DNA of 64,000 bases from an uncultured candidate division Zixibacteria bacterium (GCA_963713865.1 OY970208.1:1536001-1600000), one strand, 5' to 3'; counted from the stretch's first letter, positions 30,051-40,902 are shown. The notes: generated by a model from the sequence alone, not told the origin. Program-made: numbers and translations.

Positions 30051-31169
30051 TCATAAAGCCATATAAACAAGTGCAAAGTTTCTATATCTTGGAATAATCA
30101 TTGATTTAAGTGGCTCATTTCTTATCAGGTCTATAACTAAAATCCGGTCAGAACACATACTCAGGTAAGCTTTCTCTCCATTCGGGGTTATCTCTATGTA
30201 ATAAGCGTTAATTGGGGGCTCACATAAGGAGTCAGATAGTGGGTTTAAGTCGATGCCGGGCAAAGGAGTATTGGTTTCAGTATCAAAAACACCCAGCTTA
30301 CCGCTTGGTGGGGGTTCAAATGTAATACAAGGACCTGCGCCGCCATTGTCTGTTATATAAACTCTGCTCCCATCCGGCTTAATAGCTAACTGCCCACTAC
30401 CGTTTATATTCAGCTGAACTAATAGACTATCACGGGTTAAATCGTAAGCTAAGAAATAAATATAATCATAGTAGGCCAAAAGATAGATGGTATTCCCATC
30501 GGGTGAGATAACAGCATCAGTTAATTGCGGTGCCCATCCATTTCTCAAATAGATCTTAAAGGAACGAACCCAGCGCTTGGTCTGGTAATTGAATACCTTT
30601 ATCTCATTCGGGACTCCCCTAACGCCACCGTAAAGTAATGGAGATTTTTTATTAAAACAAAATGGTTTAAATATAAATGTAGTAGTCTCTGCATATATCA
30701 ACTGATGGGAACAAGCATTGAAAATTCTCAACTCTAGTGTATACGGCACAAATATATATCTGCCGTCTGGTGAGACAATTGTGCTGCTATTCTCTCCAAA
30801 ATATTTTACACCTTTGGTGCGGGTGTCTACCTCATAATAGGTTCGAGTACCACTATGGGTGAGGGTATCAAAAAGGGCAACCCTTACATACAGGGTTCTT
30901 TTATCTGGTGATAATGCCAATTCTTCTGGCCACCTATAGGGACCAAGGGAGATTGAATCAACCAGTGAATCTGTTTCGGTTGAGAAGACGTAGATCAATT
31001 GTTCTGGCTCAGTACCACCTATATTACTTGAATATAAATAATATTCCCTTCTATACTCATACCTGGTAGAATTTTTGGTGCAGTTAGAATAGAAAATAAA
31101 AACAGATAGAACTATCAGGATGATAATTCCCCATCCTGCAGATCCGAAGGAAAAGATTTTTCTTTTCAT
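30051..31169 (-). CDS. Putative lipoprotein with YVTN/YncE-like beta-propeller repeats
   Basis: Lipobox-like 'FYSNC' and repeated 'LSPDKRTLYV', 'VSPDGRYIFV', 'ISPDGNTIYL', 'IKPDGSRVYI', 'ITPNGEKAYL'. Confidence 0.8.
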   Translation of the reverse strand: MKRKIFSFGSAGWGIIILIVLSVFIFYSNCTKNSTRYEYRREYYLYSSNIGGTEPEQLIYVFSTETDSLVDSISLGPYRWPEELALSPDKRTLYVRVALFDTLTHSGTRTYYEVDTRTKGVKYFGENSSTIVSPDGRYIFVPYTLELRIFNACSHQLIYAETTTFIFKPFCFNKKSPLLYGGVRGVPNEIKVFNYQTKRWVRSFKIYLRNGWAPQLTDAVISPDGNTIYLLAYYDYIYFLAYDLTRDSLLVQLNINGSGQLAIKPDGSRVYITDNGGAGPCITFEPPPSGKLGVFDTETNTPLPGIDLNPLSDSLCEPPINAYYIEITPNGEKAYLSMCSDRILVIDLIRNEPLKSMIIPRYRNFALVYMAL

Positions 31170-31411
31170 TTTGACCCCTTTAATTAGTAGGTTATTTTTA
31201 CTCCCGACCTAAGGGATATTCTTATCTCAAATCAACTGGAATCTGATTATAAAATAGATTACTTTAATAACTTTGTCAAGTACTTTTTTGAAAGATATTA
31301 TTTAATTTTGAATGTTCAGTATGAGTTACCTTCTTATACAAAATAAAGCACTCAAGTGGTAACGCCTGATTGCATGCAACAGGGATTCTCCAGATATGAT
31401 TTTCTGATAGG

Positions 31412-32635
31412 TTAGTATTTAAAAAAATCCGGTTTCAGGACATCGAATATATTAGATACCGGAATTACAGCTTCTCCTCCTCCTACATATTCACCATCTG
31501 CATTATAAACCGAAACGGTGTAGTTGCCTGCAAGCAAACCATAAATATTGGTAAACAGATCGAAATAGCACATACAGTGGCAAGGGTCTCCTGATTCTTT
31601 TTCGTAAACCTTTACCTGAAAGCCTTCTATCAAAACATCTGATTTGAGGATAGAACAGCAGTTGTAATAAGCATCCTGGTGGGTGATCTGAAGGTCGTTA
31701 CCGGTTACCTGAATTATGATGCTATCCGGTGAAAAAGATTTCTGCCTATTTTCACTTTTACATTCGCTCTGCTGAGAAGTAAAGCCAGATGGCACGGTAG
31801 CTATTCCACCCCCCATATACAGTCCAATAGAATTATAATCTGATATAGTATAGACCCCACTGGACAGGTTCTGGATTAAGGTCTGGAGATCAAAATTACA
31901 TAAACAGTCACAGATCTCATTACTTGCTTTCTCATAGAGGTCGATCTGGTAGCCATTTTGTACTATCTCTGTTGTTATAATAGCACAGCAGTTATAAAAA
32001 GCATCTTTATGGGTTACCAGGATGCTGTTACCTGTAACCTGGATCAGAATAGAATCCGGAGTAGATGGAGATGAACTACCTCCACTTATTGAACTCCTTT
32101 CGGAAAGACATTCACTCTGCAGGTTAAGGACTTTACGGGTGCAGGGGGAGGGACCAGATTTGAAAAGATAGTTTATTAGCCAGACTACATCGGATAGGCT
32201 GATTTTTCGGTCCAGGTTACAGTCACCAATCCAGGAGGGATTAGGTGGATTCCCGGATTTTAGAAGATAGCTAATTAAATAAATTATATCTGAAATTCCT
32301 GAAAGACTGTCTCCATTCATATCTCCGCAGGTATAGCTCAGAAGTGGAAGCTCTTGGATGCCTTGTGATATTAAAGGAGTACAACTACAGAATTCATCCC
32401 TTATACCCGAGATCTCAATATGTTTATTCTGATAGAGATAAAGGTCAAATAAATCCAGTTGGACCTGGGTTTCAGCATAACCTGAATCCGGGATTAACCT
32501 GGCAAGCACCTGACATCCACAGGTAATTCCTTGTGGATGATAAACTAAAACACCTTTTTGAGTCTCCAGGGATAAGGCTGAAGAGGAGAGAAATAATAAG
32601 ATAAATGAAACCAACAAAAAGTTTTTGCAAGACAT
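31412..32635 (-). CDS. Secreted dockerin-domain protein with two Cys-rich repeats
   Basis: Dockerin 'CGDMNGDSLSGISDIIYLISYL...GDCNLDRKISLSDVVWLINYLFK' and two repeats of 'QSEC...PDSI.IQVTGN...TH.DA.YNCC...YEK.S...C.C.C.FDL.T.I..L..G.YT.S.YN..G.Y.GGG'. Confidence 0.8.
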   Translation of the reverse strand: MSCKNFLLVSFILLFLSSSALSLETQKGVLVYHPQGITCGCQVLARLIPDSGYAETQVQLDLFDLYLYQNKHIEISGIRDEFCSCTPLISQGIQELPLLSYTCGDMNGDSLSGISDIIYLISYLLKSGNPPNPSWIGDCNLDRKISLSDVVWLINYLFKSGPSPCTRKVLNLQSECLSERSSISGGSSSPSTPDSILIQVTGNSILVTHKDAFYNCCAIITTEIVQNGYQIDLYEKASNEICDCLCNFDLQTLIQNLSSGVYTISDYNSIGLYMGGGIATVPSGFTSQQSECKSENRQKSFSPDSIIIQVTGNDLQITHQDAYYNCCSILKSDVLIEGFQVKVYEKESGDPCHCMCYFDLFTNIYGLLAGNYTVSVYNADGEYVGGGEAVIPVSNIFDVLKPDFFKY

Positions 32636-32925
32636 AAAATCCTCCAGCGATGAAGATTAAATTTTGTTTTTCCTGAGATAATTTTAACTCTTAAAAGTGT
32701 TTTGTCAAGTAAAATCCACAGATTAATAATACTTAACAGGTAGATTACATCCTAATATTTTACAAAACATTTCGTAGTTTTTAATTGAAGGAAAGGTTTT
32801 CTTGCACAGGTAGATATTTTACAAACAAAAACCGACAAAAAGGTTGAAAACTTATGATCCTTGCCTTATATTAGTGAAAGTTGAACTTAAAAGTAATCTT
32901 AGATTAGATACAGGACAGCAAAGGT

Positions 32926-34176
32926 ATGGACATAGAAAAGAAAAACGAATGTATCCCGGGAAAGGGCTCGGCTGGATTAGATAGACACTTTTCTTCATTG
33001 TTTTTTAAACTGGCAGTCTTCTTCGGGATAATAATACTTGCCTTTGTCTATGTTTTTTATACCCAATATGTTATTAACCGGCTGAAAGAAGACTCAAGGA
33101 GAGTCGTTTCCGCTTATGCCAGGCTCTGGAGTCTGGTAGCCTCTGAATCTACTACTGGTGCAGAAATAGATTTAATTTTCGATGAAATTATAAAGAAAAG
33201 TAATTTCCCTATAATCGTAACCTCACCTGTAGGAGAACCTCAAGCCTGGAGAGGTATTGAAATCCCCTGGGACGACACTACCCAGGAGGCCAAGCTCAAG
33301 CTCAGGAAACTGGTCAGCAAAATGGATAAAGAAAAAAAACCGATTCCCATCTATTATGGTGAGGAGAAAAAAATTATTAATTACCTGCATTATGGTGATT
33401 CTGAGTTGATCTCCCAGCTCAGGATTATGCCTTATTTAGAAATAGGGTTATTGCTGATTGTCATCTGGGTTGGCTTTGTGAGTTTCAGAAATATACAAAG
33501 GAGCGAGAAAAGGTCTATCTGGATCGGGATGGCAAAAGAAACTGCTCATCAGCTGGGAACACCTATCTCCTCCCTTTTAGGCTGGGCAGAGCTTTTGAAA
33601 TCCCGCTCAGAAAAGTCCCAAAATGGATCCGCAGGAAAAGATGATTATTTGGAAAAAATGGAAATAGATATAAAAAGATTGGAAAAGGTCGCTTGCAGGT
33701 TTAGCCAGATAGGTTCTCTGCCGGAATTAAAAGAGACGGAATTGAATGAGCTGGTCTCAGAAGTGGTGAATTATTTTAAAGAAAGAATCCCTGAAGGTGT
33801 AGAGATAAAAGAGAATTTAGGTGAATCGATCAAGCTGGAGATAAATCCGGAGCTGTTAAGCTGGGTAATAGAGAATCTTCTGAAAAATTCAGTGGAAGCA
33901 GTCGAGTCACAAAATGGAAAAATAACGGTTTCGACAGGGATAGATAAAAGCAGAAGAAACGTATATGTTCTGGTGACGGATAACGGCAGAGGGATTTTGG
34001 CAAGGGAGCAGAAAAAGATTTTCACTCCAGGATATACTACAAAAATAAGAGGCTGGGGTTTGGGCTTGTCCTTAGCTAAAAGGATTGTGGAAGAATACCA
34101 TAAAGGGAAGATAACTTTAGTAGAGAGCATCCCTAACCAGAAAACGACTTTTTCAGTTAGTTTACCCCTGAGATAA
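32926..34176 (+). CDS. Membrane sensor histidine kinase
   Basis: Two TM helices, H-box 'MAKETAHQLGTPISSL', N-box 'ENLLKNSVEA', and 'DNGRGI...FTPGYTTK.RGWGLGLS'. Confidence 0.93.
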   Translation: MDIEKKNECIPGKGSAGLDRHFSSLFFKLAVFFGIIILAFVYVFYTQYVINRLKEDSRRVVSAYARLWSLVASESTTGAEIDLIFDEIIKKSNFPIIVTSPVGEPQAWRGIEIPWDDTTQEAKLKLRKLVSKMDKEKKPIPIYYGEEKKIINYLHYGDSELISQLRIMPYLEIGLLLIVIWVGFVSFRNIQRSEKRSIWIGMAKETAHQLGTPISSLLGWAELLKSRSEKSQNGSAGKDDYLEKMEIDIKRLEKVACRFSQIGSLPELKETELNELVSEVVNYFKERIPEGVEIKENLGESIKLEINPELLSWVIENLLKNSVEAVESQNGKITVSTGIDKSRRNVYVLVTDNGRGILAREQKKIFTPGYTTKIRGWGLGLSLAKRIVEEYHKGKITLVESIPNQKTTFSVSLPLR

Positions 34177-34332
34177 AAAAAAAGCTGAAAAAGGGCATAG
34201 ATGAGATGTCAATTTTTAACAGGATAATTTTGGAATGTAAACCTTCAGGTTTACTCGGGTGAATAAAAGATTTAATAGTAAAGCTAAAGCTTTACTATCC
34301 AGGAGTTCTACTAAAAATATTAAGAGGTTCAA

Positions 34333-35898
34333 ATGAAGGAAGAGATAAAAAGCATTCTCTGGGTGGATGATGAGATAGATAAGCTGAAATCCCATATAAT
34401 TTTCTTGGAGGAGAGGGGATATAAGGTAACCCCGGTCAGTAATGGTGATGATGCGGTATCTTTAATTGGAAAGAAGAATTTCGATTTAGTTCTGTTAGAT
34501 GAGATGATGCCGGGGAAGGATGGGCTGACTACCTTGGAGGAAATAAAGGAAAAAAATCCCCATTTGCCGGTGATTATGGTGACGAAAAGCGAGGAGGAAA
34601 ATTTAATGGATCAGGCTATCGGGCAGAAGATCGATGATTATCTGACCAAGCCGGTTAATCCCACCCAGATTTTGTCTGCAACTAAAAGAATTTTAGAGAA
34701 AAAAAGGATAAGGGAAGAGCATCTTTCTAAACAATACGTAACGGATTTTAACCAGATCCGCACAACCCTTTCAGGTCCTCTTACCTGGAGAGAGTGGATA
34801 AAGGTCCACCAGCTTCTTTCAGAATGGGATCTGGAAATGGAGGATTTTAAAGATTTAGGATTAACCGAGACCCATCTAACCCAGAAAAGAGAAATGCAAC
34901 TTAGAATTTGGCAAGTTCATTGAAAAAAGTTATTCTTCCTGGATTGAGAAAAAAGATTCACCTGCTTTATCCGTAGATGTAGTTTCAAAATACCTTTACC
35001 CGCTTCTTCTGGAGAAGAAACCAGTTTTCTTCATAGTGGTCGATTGCATGAGGCTGGATCAATATCTTTTTATTGAGCCGATTTTGAATGAATATTTTAA
35101 CCTGAAAAGGGAATATTATTATTCCATACTTCCAACTGCAACCCCTTATTCCAGAAATGCTATTTTCTCCGGTCTTTTTCCAGGTGAGGTAGCACGGCTC
35201 TATCCGGAATTGTGGAAAGCAGGCACAGAAGACGAGTCCAGTCGGAATAGATATGAGAGACAGTTATTAGATGCTCAATTACAAAGATTAAAGTTGAGTT
35301 TCAAGATAGAGCCTAAATATGTTAAAGTGCTGGATATTGCTGAGGGTGATAATTTAGCAAGGAAGATTTCTTCTTATAAAAATAGTTCTCTTCTTTCAAT
35401 AGTTTACAATTTTTTAGACATATTATCCCATGGAAGGTCTGAATCGGAAATTCTTCTTGAGATTGCGCCAGAACGAGGCGGCTTTTCGTTCTCTTATGAA
35501 GTCCTGGTTTTTGCATTCCTCTCTTTTCGAGATTCTGAAATATCTTTCCAGAACAAGACTGCTCTATCCTTTTGACCACTGATCACGGGAGCGTTTTAGG
35601 AACCAGAGGGACGGTGGCTCATGGAAAAAAAGACACCTCTACCAATCTTAGATACAAATACGGAGATAACGTAAACTGCGATACCAAAAATGCTCTATTG
35701 ATCAAAGAACCTAAAAGATATAAGCTTCCAGCTTATACCATGAGCACTACCTATATTATTGCTAAAGAGGATTACTATTTCGTCTATCCTACAAGGCAGA
35801 GCGAGTATGAAAAGCAGTATAAAAACAGCTTTCAACATGGAGGTATCTCATTAGAGGAGATGATTCTGCCTGTAGCAACCCTTCGCCCGAAAATATAA
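34333..35898 (+). CDS. porX: PorX-like response regulator (REC + PglZ/alkaline-phosphatase domain) with three +1 frameshifts
   Basis: REC domain 'ILWVDDE...DEMMPGKDG...KSEEE' and PglZ motifs 'DCMRLDQ', 'SILPTATPYSRNAIFSG', 'TTDHGS', 'FQHGGISLEEMILP'. Removing single bases near 34885-34895, 35468-35474 and 35548-35554 gives one 520-aa ORF upstream of tsaE, as in Bacteroidota. Confidence 0.88.
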
Positions 35899-35912
35899 AA
35901 ACACGCAGAGGT

Positions 35913-36335
35913 TTGGTTAAAGGTAAGATCATAACCTCCTCCCCGGAGGAGACTAAAAAGTTAGGAGAGAGTTTAGCTCAAGGTTTTTCTCCTGGCCTGG
36001 TAGTGGCACTATTCGGTCCATTGGGCAGTGGTAAGACCTGCCTTACTCAGGGGATTTGCTCTGGTCTGGGAGTAAAAGACTTTGTGGTAAGCCCAAGTTT
36101 TGTTTTAATTAATGAATATGAAGGTAGATATAAGGTTTATCATCTCGACCTTTTTCGCTTGGAGAAGTTATCTGAAATCATTAACTTAGGGTATGAAGAG
36201 TATTTTTACGGAGATGGGATTTGTATCATCGAATGGGCGGAAAAGACAAAAGAGCTTTTGCCGGATAAAAGACTTGAGATACATCTTAAGATTTTATCAG
36301 AGAAGAAAAGAGAGATAAGGATAGAGGAGTTTTGA
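35913..36335 (+). CDS. tsaE: tRNA threonylcarbamoyladenosine biosynthesis ATPase
   Basis: GPLGSGKT, SPSFVLINEY, HLDLFRL, IIEWAE. Confidence 0.96.
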   Translation: MVKGKIITSSPEETKKLGESLAQGFSPGLVVALFGPLGSGKTCLTQGICSGLGVKDFVVSPSFVLINEYEGRYKVYHLDLFRLEKLSEIINLGYEEYFYGDGICIIEWAEKTKELLPDKRLEIHLKILSEKKREIRIEEF

Positions 36336-36448
36336 AAAAGCCTCAGGCGGATTAAACCTCATCAGCTGAGCCTTGAAGGCTCAGCTACGCGTTGCGAAAA
36401 TGATGGAAGGCTGAAGCTTGCCGTTACATTTTCAATTAACAAAATTCT

Positions 36449-37135
36449 ATGAAAATCTTAGGGATAGATACTACGACTCCTTATTTAGCTTTAGGAATTA
36501 TAGAAGAGGATAAGGTTCTGTCTGAGTTAAGGTTCAATGCTAAGCAGACTCATGCTCAGGTCCTTTTACCAAGCATTGAAAAGATTTTGAAGCAAACTTC
36601 TCTTGAATTGAATGACTTAGACGGGATCGCTCTGTCGATTGGTCCGGGCTCTTTTACGGGCTTGAGGATTGGACTGGCTACTGCTAAAGGGCTATGCTTT
36701 GCTTCAGGAAAACCTTTGCTGACTGTGCCCACTTTAGATGGTTTAGTCTATTTTAACCTAAATTCTCCTTATCCTTTAGTACCGGTTTTGGATGCGAAAA
36801 AGAATGAAGTTTATTCAGCAGTTTATAACAGCAGAGAAGGTGTATTGGAAAGGATCTCCGATTACTGGGTTTTAAGTGCTGAAAAACTTGTTGCTAAAAT
36901 TCCAGAGGAGGTTATATTTTTAGGTTTAGGCCTGGAGGTTTTCCAGGATAGACTGAAAGAGCTTTGTGGAGAAAAAACCCATTTCCTTGCAGGAGAAAGA
37001 AATTTACCCAGCGGAAGCTCAATCGCTTTCCTGGGTCTGGAGAAGTTTAAACGTTCGGAGTTTGAGGACTTAGAGAAAGCAGAGCCTTTATATTTAAGAA
37101 GCTCTGAAGCAGAATTAAAATTCAAAAATGTCTGA
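36449..37135 (+). CDS. tsaB: t6A biosynthesis protein TsaB
   Basis: ILGIDTT, GPGSFTGLRIG, DAKKNEVY, EPLYLR. Confidence 0.96.
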   Translation: MKILGIDTTTPYLALGIIEEDKVLSELRFNAKQTHAQVLLPSIEKILKQTSLELNDLDGIALSIGPGSFTGLRIGLATAKGLCFASGKPLLTVPTLDGLVYFNLNSPYPLVPVLDAKKNEVYSAVYNSREGVLERISDYWVLSAEKLVAKIPEEVIFLGLGLEVFQDRLKELCGEKTHFLAGERNLPSGSSIAFLGLEKFKRSEFEDLEKAEPLYLRSSEAELKFKNV

Positions 37136-37583
37136 ACAATTCAAAGACTTAACAATAGAGAGAATGAGAGAGGATGACCTGGCTGAGGTATTAAAGATAG
37201 AGAAGGAGAGTTTTTCTGATCCCTGGACAAAGGAATGCTTTCTTGAAGACCTGTATAAAGATTTTACTTATCCTGCAGTGGCAAAGATAGCTGAAAAGTT
37301 GGTTGGCTATATCTGCTTGTGGAAAATCGTGGATGAATTACAGATCGCTAATTTAGCAGTAGATAGTTTGTTTAGAAAGAGAGGGATTGCTCATCAACTT
37401 CTGCATTGGGTTATCGAGTATGCGCTCAATAAGAATTGTAGAACCATTACCCTGGATGTAAGAGTATCGAATTTAGTCGCTTCAGAGCTTTACCGGAAAT
37501 TTGGTTTTGAGGAGGTAGGTCGAAGAAAAAATTACTATCGTTATCCGGTTGAAGATGCAATTATAATGGGGAAAAAACTTTAA
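37128..37583 (+). CDS. rimI: Ribosomal-protein-alanine N-acetyltransferase
   Basis: SFSDPW, IANLAV...RKRGIA, LDVRVSN..A..LY.KFGF..VGRRKNYY....EDAIIM. Confidence 0.93.
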   Translation: MSEQFKDLTIERMREDDLAEVLKIEKESFSDPWTKECFLEDLYKDFTYPAVAKIAEKLVGYICLWKIVDELQIANLAVDSLFRKRGIAHQLLHWVIEYALNKNCRTITLDVRVSNLVASELYRKFGFEEVGRRKNYYRYPVEDAIIMGKKL

Positions 37584-37594
37584 GGAAATACTTT

Positions 37595-38449
37595 ATGGAA
37601 TGGTTCAAAAAGGGCAAAGAGGGTTTAGTTCCACAGCAAAAAAAGGAGATTCCAGATGGATTGTGGACTAAATGTGAAAGCTGTGGAGAGATTATATATG
37701 TTAAAGAGTTAGAGAAGAACCTCTGGGTCTGCCACAGTTGCAATTTTCATTTTAGGATAAAGTCTAGAGATTATATTGAGCTTCTATTAGATGAAGGGAG
37801 ATTAGAAGAATACGACCGGGAGTTAATCTCCGGCGATCCGCTCAGGTTTAAGGATTCCAAAAAGTATCCGGACAGGATCAGGGATTCCCGTAAAAAGACC
37901 GGTCTCAATGATGCGGTAATTGCGGGCATAGGAAAAATTGAAGGTAAAGAGGTCAGTTTCGGGGTGATGGAGTTTGGTTTTATCGGTGGGAGTATGGGTT
38001 CAGTGGTTGGGGAAAAGATTACCCGGGCTATAGAAAGGTCCATGGAGAGGAAGATGCCCCTGGTGATTGTCTCCTGTTCAGGTGGAGCCAGGATGCAGGA
38101 AGGGATTTTATCCCTAATGCAGATGGCTAAGACCAGTGCCTTGCTTGCCAGGCTTTACGATGAGAATATTCCTTTTATCTCAGTTTTGACCAATCCTACC
38201 ACAGCCGGGGTTATGGCAAGTTATGCCTCCCTGGGGGATGTTATAATTGCCGAGCCCAAGGCACTTTTAGGGTTTGCCGGTCCCAGGGTGATTCAGCAGA
38301 CTATCGGACAGGAACTTCCATCGGGTTTCCAGAGCTCTGAATTTTTCCTGGAGCATGGTTTTCTGGATAAGATCGTTGAGAGAAAAGACCTGAAAAGAAC
38401 AATTTCACTTCTATTAGAATATTTTTCTTCCCCGGACAAAAAAAGCTAA
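37595..38449 (+). CDS. accD: Acetyl-CoA carboxylase carboxyltransferase beta subunit
   Basis: PDGLWTKCESC Zn finger, FIGGSMGSVVGEK, SGGARMQEG, GFAGPRVI. Confidence 0.97.
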   Translation: MEWFKKGKEGLVPQQKKEIPDGLWTKCESCGEIIYVKELEKNLWVCHSCNFHFRIKSRDYIELLLDEGRLEEYDRELISGDPLRFKDSKKYPDRIRDSRKKTGLNDAVIAGIGKIEGKEVSFGVMEFGFIGGSMGSVVGEKITRAIERSMERKMPLVIVSCSGGARMQEGILSLMQMAKTSALLARLYDENIPFISVLTNPTTAGVMASYASLGDVIIAEPKALLGFAGPRVIQQTIGQELPSGFQSSEFFLEHGFLDKIVERKDLKRTISLLLEYFSSPDKKS

Positions 38450-38486
38450 TTTCAAGCGGGTTATTTTTCCCCTGATAGATTTAAAG

Positions 38487-39764
38487 ATGAATGATCAACA
38501 AGCTGTAGACTTTCTGTTCAATTTAGAAAAGTTTGGTATAAAATTAGGCCTGGAAAATACCTTAGCTTTGATGCATAAGTTTGGTAATCCCCATCTGAAA
38601 TTTTCTTCACTGCATATAGCTGGCACTAATGGTAAAGGGTCCTGCTGTGCTATGCTTCATTCGATCTTAAATCGAGCAGAGTATTTCACCGGTCTTTATA
38701 CTTCCCCTCATCTTTTAGACTTCAGAGAAAGGATTAAAGTAGGGGACTCTCTCATAGAAAAGGATTTTTTAGCAGATTTCGTCTCAGAGTTAAAAGAGGA
38801 GATTTTAGAAAAAAAGTACACTTTTTTTGAAGTCGCTACTGCCTTAGCTTTTTTATATTTCGCTTATAAAAAGATCGAAATTGCAGTGGTTGAGACTGGT
38901 TTAGGCGGCAGATTAGATTCTACCAACATCCTCAAACCAGAGGTTGCCATAATCACCAATATTGGCTTAGAACACACTGACAGATTAGGCAGGACTCTGG
39001 AGAAGATTGCCTGGGAGAAGGGTGGGATCATCAAAGAAAATGTGCCGACTGTAACTTCAATTGGGAGAGAAAAACCTTTTAAGGTAATTGAAGCTTTATG
39101 CCGAAAGAAACAATCAGAGCTGATTTCGGTTTTCAGAGCTTCCAGATGGGAGATTAAAAAAAGCTCAATCGAAGGAATCGAGTTTGACCTTCATACTAAA
39201 AAAGATAACTATACAGGAATCAAGCTCAGTTTAACCGGGGAACACCAGATTAAAAATGCTGCCTGTGCGATTTTAGCCCTGGAAAGGCTCGACCCTGAAA
39301 AGTTTAAAGTTGACAAGTCTGCAATTAAGACTGGATTGGCAGAGGTTAAATGGAGAGGTAGATTAGAAGTATATAGGAGAAAACCTCTAGTTATTTTAGA
39401 TGTGGCTCATAATCCAGATGGGATAAAAATCTTAGTTGAAACCTTGAAAAATACTTTTCCGGATAAAAAAATAGATTTCATCTTCGGAGTAATGGAGGAT
39501 AAGGATTATAAAAAGATGCTTCAGATTATATCCAGGATTGCCAATGAATTAATATTAACCCAACTGCAATATAACAGGTCAGCAAAGCTTCAGTCAATGG
39601 TGAAAACAGCTAAAGAGCTCGGACTAAAATTCAGAGCCATCCCGGACATTAAAAAAGCCTATGAGCTTGCATTGAATAATACAGAAGAAGAGAAGATTAT
39701 ATGTATAACCGGGTCTCACTTTACAGTGAGTGAATTCCTGTCCGGACAGAAGATAAGATCTTAA
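38487..39764 (+). CDS. folC: Folylpolyglutamate synthase / dihydrofolate synthase
   Basis: HIAGTNGKGS, YTSPHL..FRERI, ETGLGGRLDSTN, LDVAHNPDG. Confidence 0.96.
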   Translation: MNDQQAVDFLFNLEKFGIKLGLENTLALMHKFGNPHLKFSSLHIAGTNGKGSCCAMLHSILNRAEYFTGLYTSPHLLDFRERIKVGDSLIEKDFLADFVSELKEEILEKKYTFFEVATALAFLYFAYKKIEIAVVETGLGGRLDSTNILKPEVAIITNIGLEHTDRLGRTLEKIAWEKGGIIKENVPTVTSIGREKPFKVIEALCRKKQSELISVFRASRWEIKKSSIEGIEFDLHTKKDNYTGIKLSLTGEHQIKNAACAILALERLDPEKFKVDKSAIKTGLAEVKWRGRLEVYRRKPLVILDVAHNPDGIKILVETLKNTFPDKKIDFIFGVMEDKDYKKMLQIISRIANELILTQLQYNRSAKLQSMVKTAKELGLKFRAIPDIKKAYELALNNTEEEKIICITGSHFTVSEFLSGQKIRS

Positions 39765-39773
39765 ATTTTTTGG

Positions 39774-39841
39774 GTAGGAGCGGATTTGAAGTCCGCCTTT
39801 ACAGATAAGAGATGTAGGGGTTCAAAATTTTGAACCCCTAC
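39774..39841. repeat. Pair of GTAG-type REP palindromes
   Basis: GTAGGAGCGGATTTGAAGTCCGCC and GTAGGGGTTCAAAATTTTGAACCCCTAC. Confidence 0.8.
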
Positions 39842-39913
39842 AAAAGATTAGAAAATAGGGATTGACAAATCGTATAGATAGTTAATAACTTAATTCAGAT
39901 TTCAGGAGGCTGG

Positions 39914-40792
39914 ATGATTTTAAGTATGACCGGTTACGGGAAAGCAGAAGCGATTGGACCTGAGTTTAAGGTAATAGTGGAGATAAGCTCAGTTAATAAT
40001 CGCTTCTGCGAGATACAGTTTCGACTACCTAAGTTCCTTTCCTCTTTAGAGTCAAAACTGAAGGAAAAAATATTGGGGAAGATAACCAGGGGTAAAATTA
40101 CCTATAGTTTGACCTGGGAAAAGAATCTACCTTTATCTTCTTATGTGAAATTAAATGAGGAAGCGGCTGAGGTTTACTATATTATTTTCAAACAGCTAAA
40201 GGAAAAATATAACTTATCTGGAGAATTAGAAGTGGAGGATTTTGTTAATCTTCCAAACTTAATTAAGATGGAAAAAGAGGAATATGATCTGGATAAAACC
40301 TGGGAAGTAATCTCTGAAGTCACAGGGAAAGCATTATCTGAGCTTAACTCGATGAGAAGTTCAGAGGGATCAAGCTTAAGCACTGATCTCAGGACCAGAG
40401 TGGAAAGCTTAGATAAGGCTCTGAAAAAGATAGAAAAACTTGCCAGCCAGAACGTGGAAAGCTACAGGATGAGATTACAGGGCAGGATATCGGAACTTAT
40501 AGGGGAAATGAATTTAGATGAACAGCGATTAGCCCAGGAAGTGGCTTTGTTAGCCGAGAGGTCTGATGTGACCGAAGAATGTATAAGGTTTAAAAGTCAT
40601 AATCAGCAGTTTCGGAGCGCGCTGGAAGAGGAGGTTCCGGTTGGAAAAAGGTTGACATTTCTTTTGCAGGAAATGAATCGCGAGGCTAATACCATAGGCT
40701 CTAAAGCCTTAAGTGCGCCCATTTCTCAGTTAGTTATCTTTTTGAAAGAGGAAATCGAAAAAATCAGAGAGCAGGTGCAGAACATAGAATGA
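39914..40792 (+). CDS. yicC: YicC/YloC family endoribonuclease
   Basis: SMTGYG, SVNNRF, GKRLTFLLQEMNREANTIGSK, EKIREQVQNIE. Confidence 0.95.
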   Translation: MILSMTGYGKAEAIGPEFKVIVEISSVNNRFCEIQFRLPKFLSSLESKLKEKILGKITRGKITYSLTWEKNLPLSSYVKLNEEAAEVYYIIFKQLKEKYNLSGELEVEDFVNLPNLIKMEKEEYDLDKTWEVISEVTGKALSELNSMRSSEGSSLSTDLRTRVESLDKALKKIEKLASQNVESYRMRLQGRISELIGEMNLDEQRLAQEVALLAERSDVTEECIRFKSHNQQFRSALEEEVPVGKRLTFLLQEMNREANTIGSKALSAPISQLVIFLKEEIEKIREQVQNIE

Positions 40793-40902
40793 ACTATCAT
40801 TAACCATCATGGTAAGCGATTATATAATATTTTTGACCCTTGAATCTGCTACGCTGGTTTAAAGATTGGTTGAAAACTTAAAAAAGTCGAAAATCATAAG
40901 TG

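Noticed and set aside
34333-35898. PglZ domain taken as evidence of a BREX defence system
   Set aside because: It is fused to a receiver domain and sits before tsaE, which is the PorX arrangement. No brxC, pglX or brxL genes are nearby.
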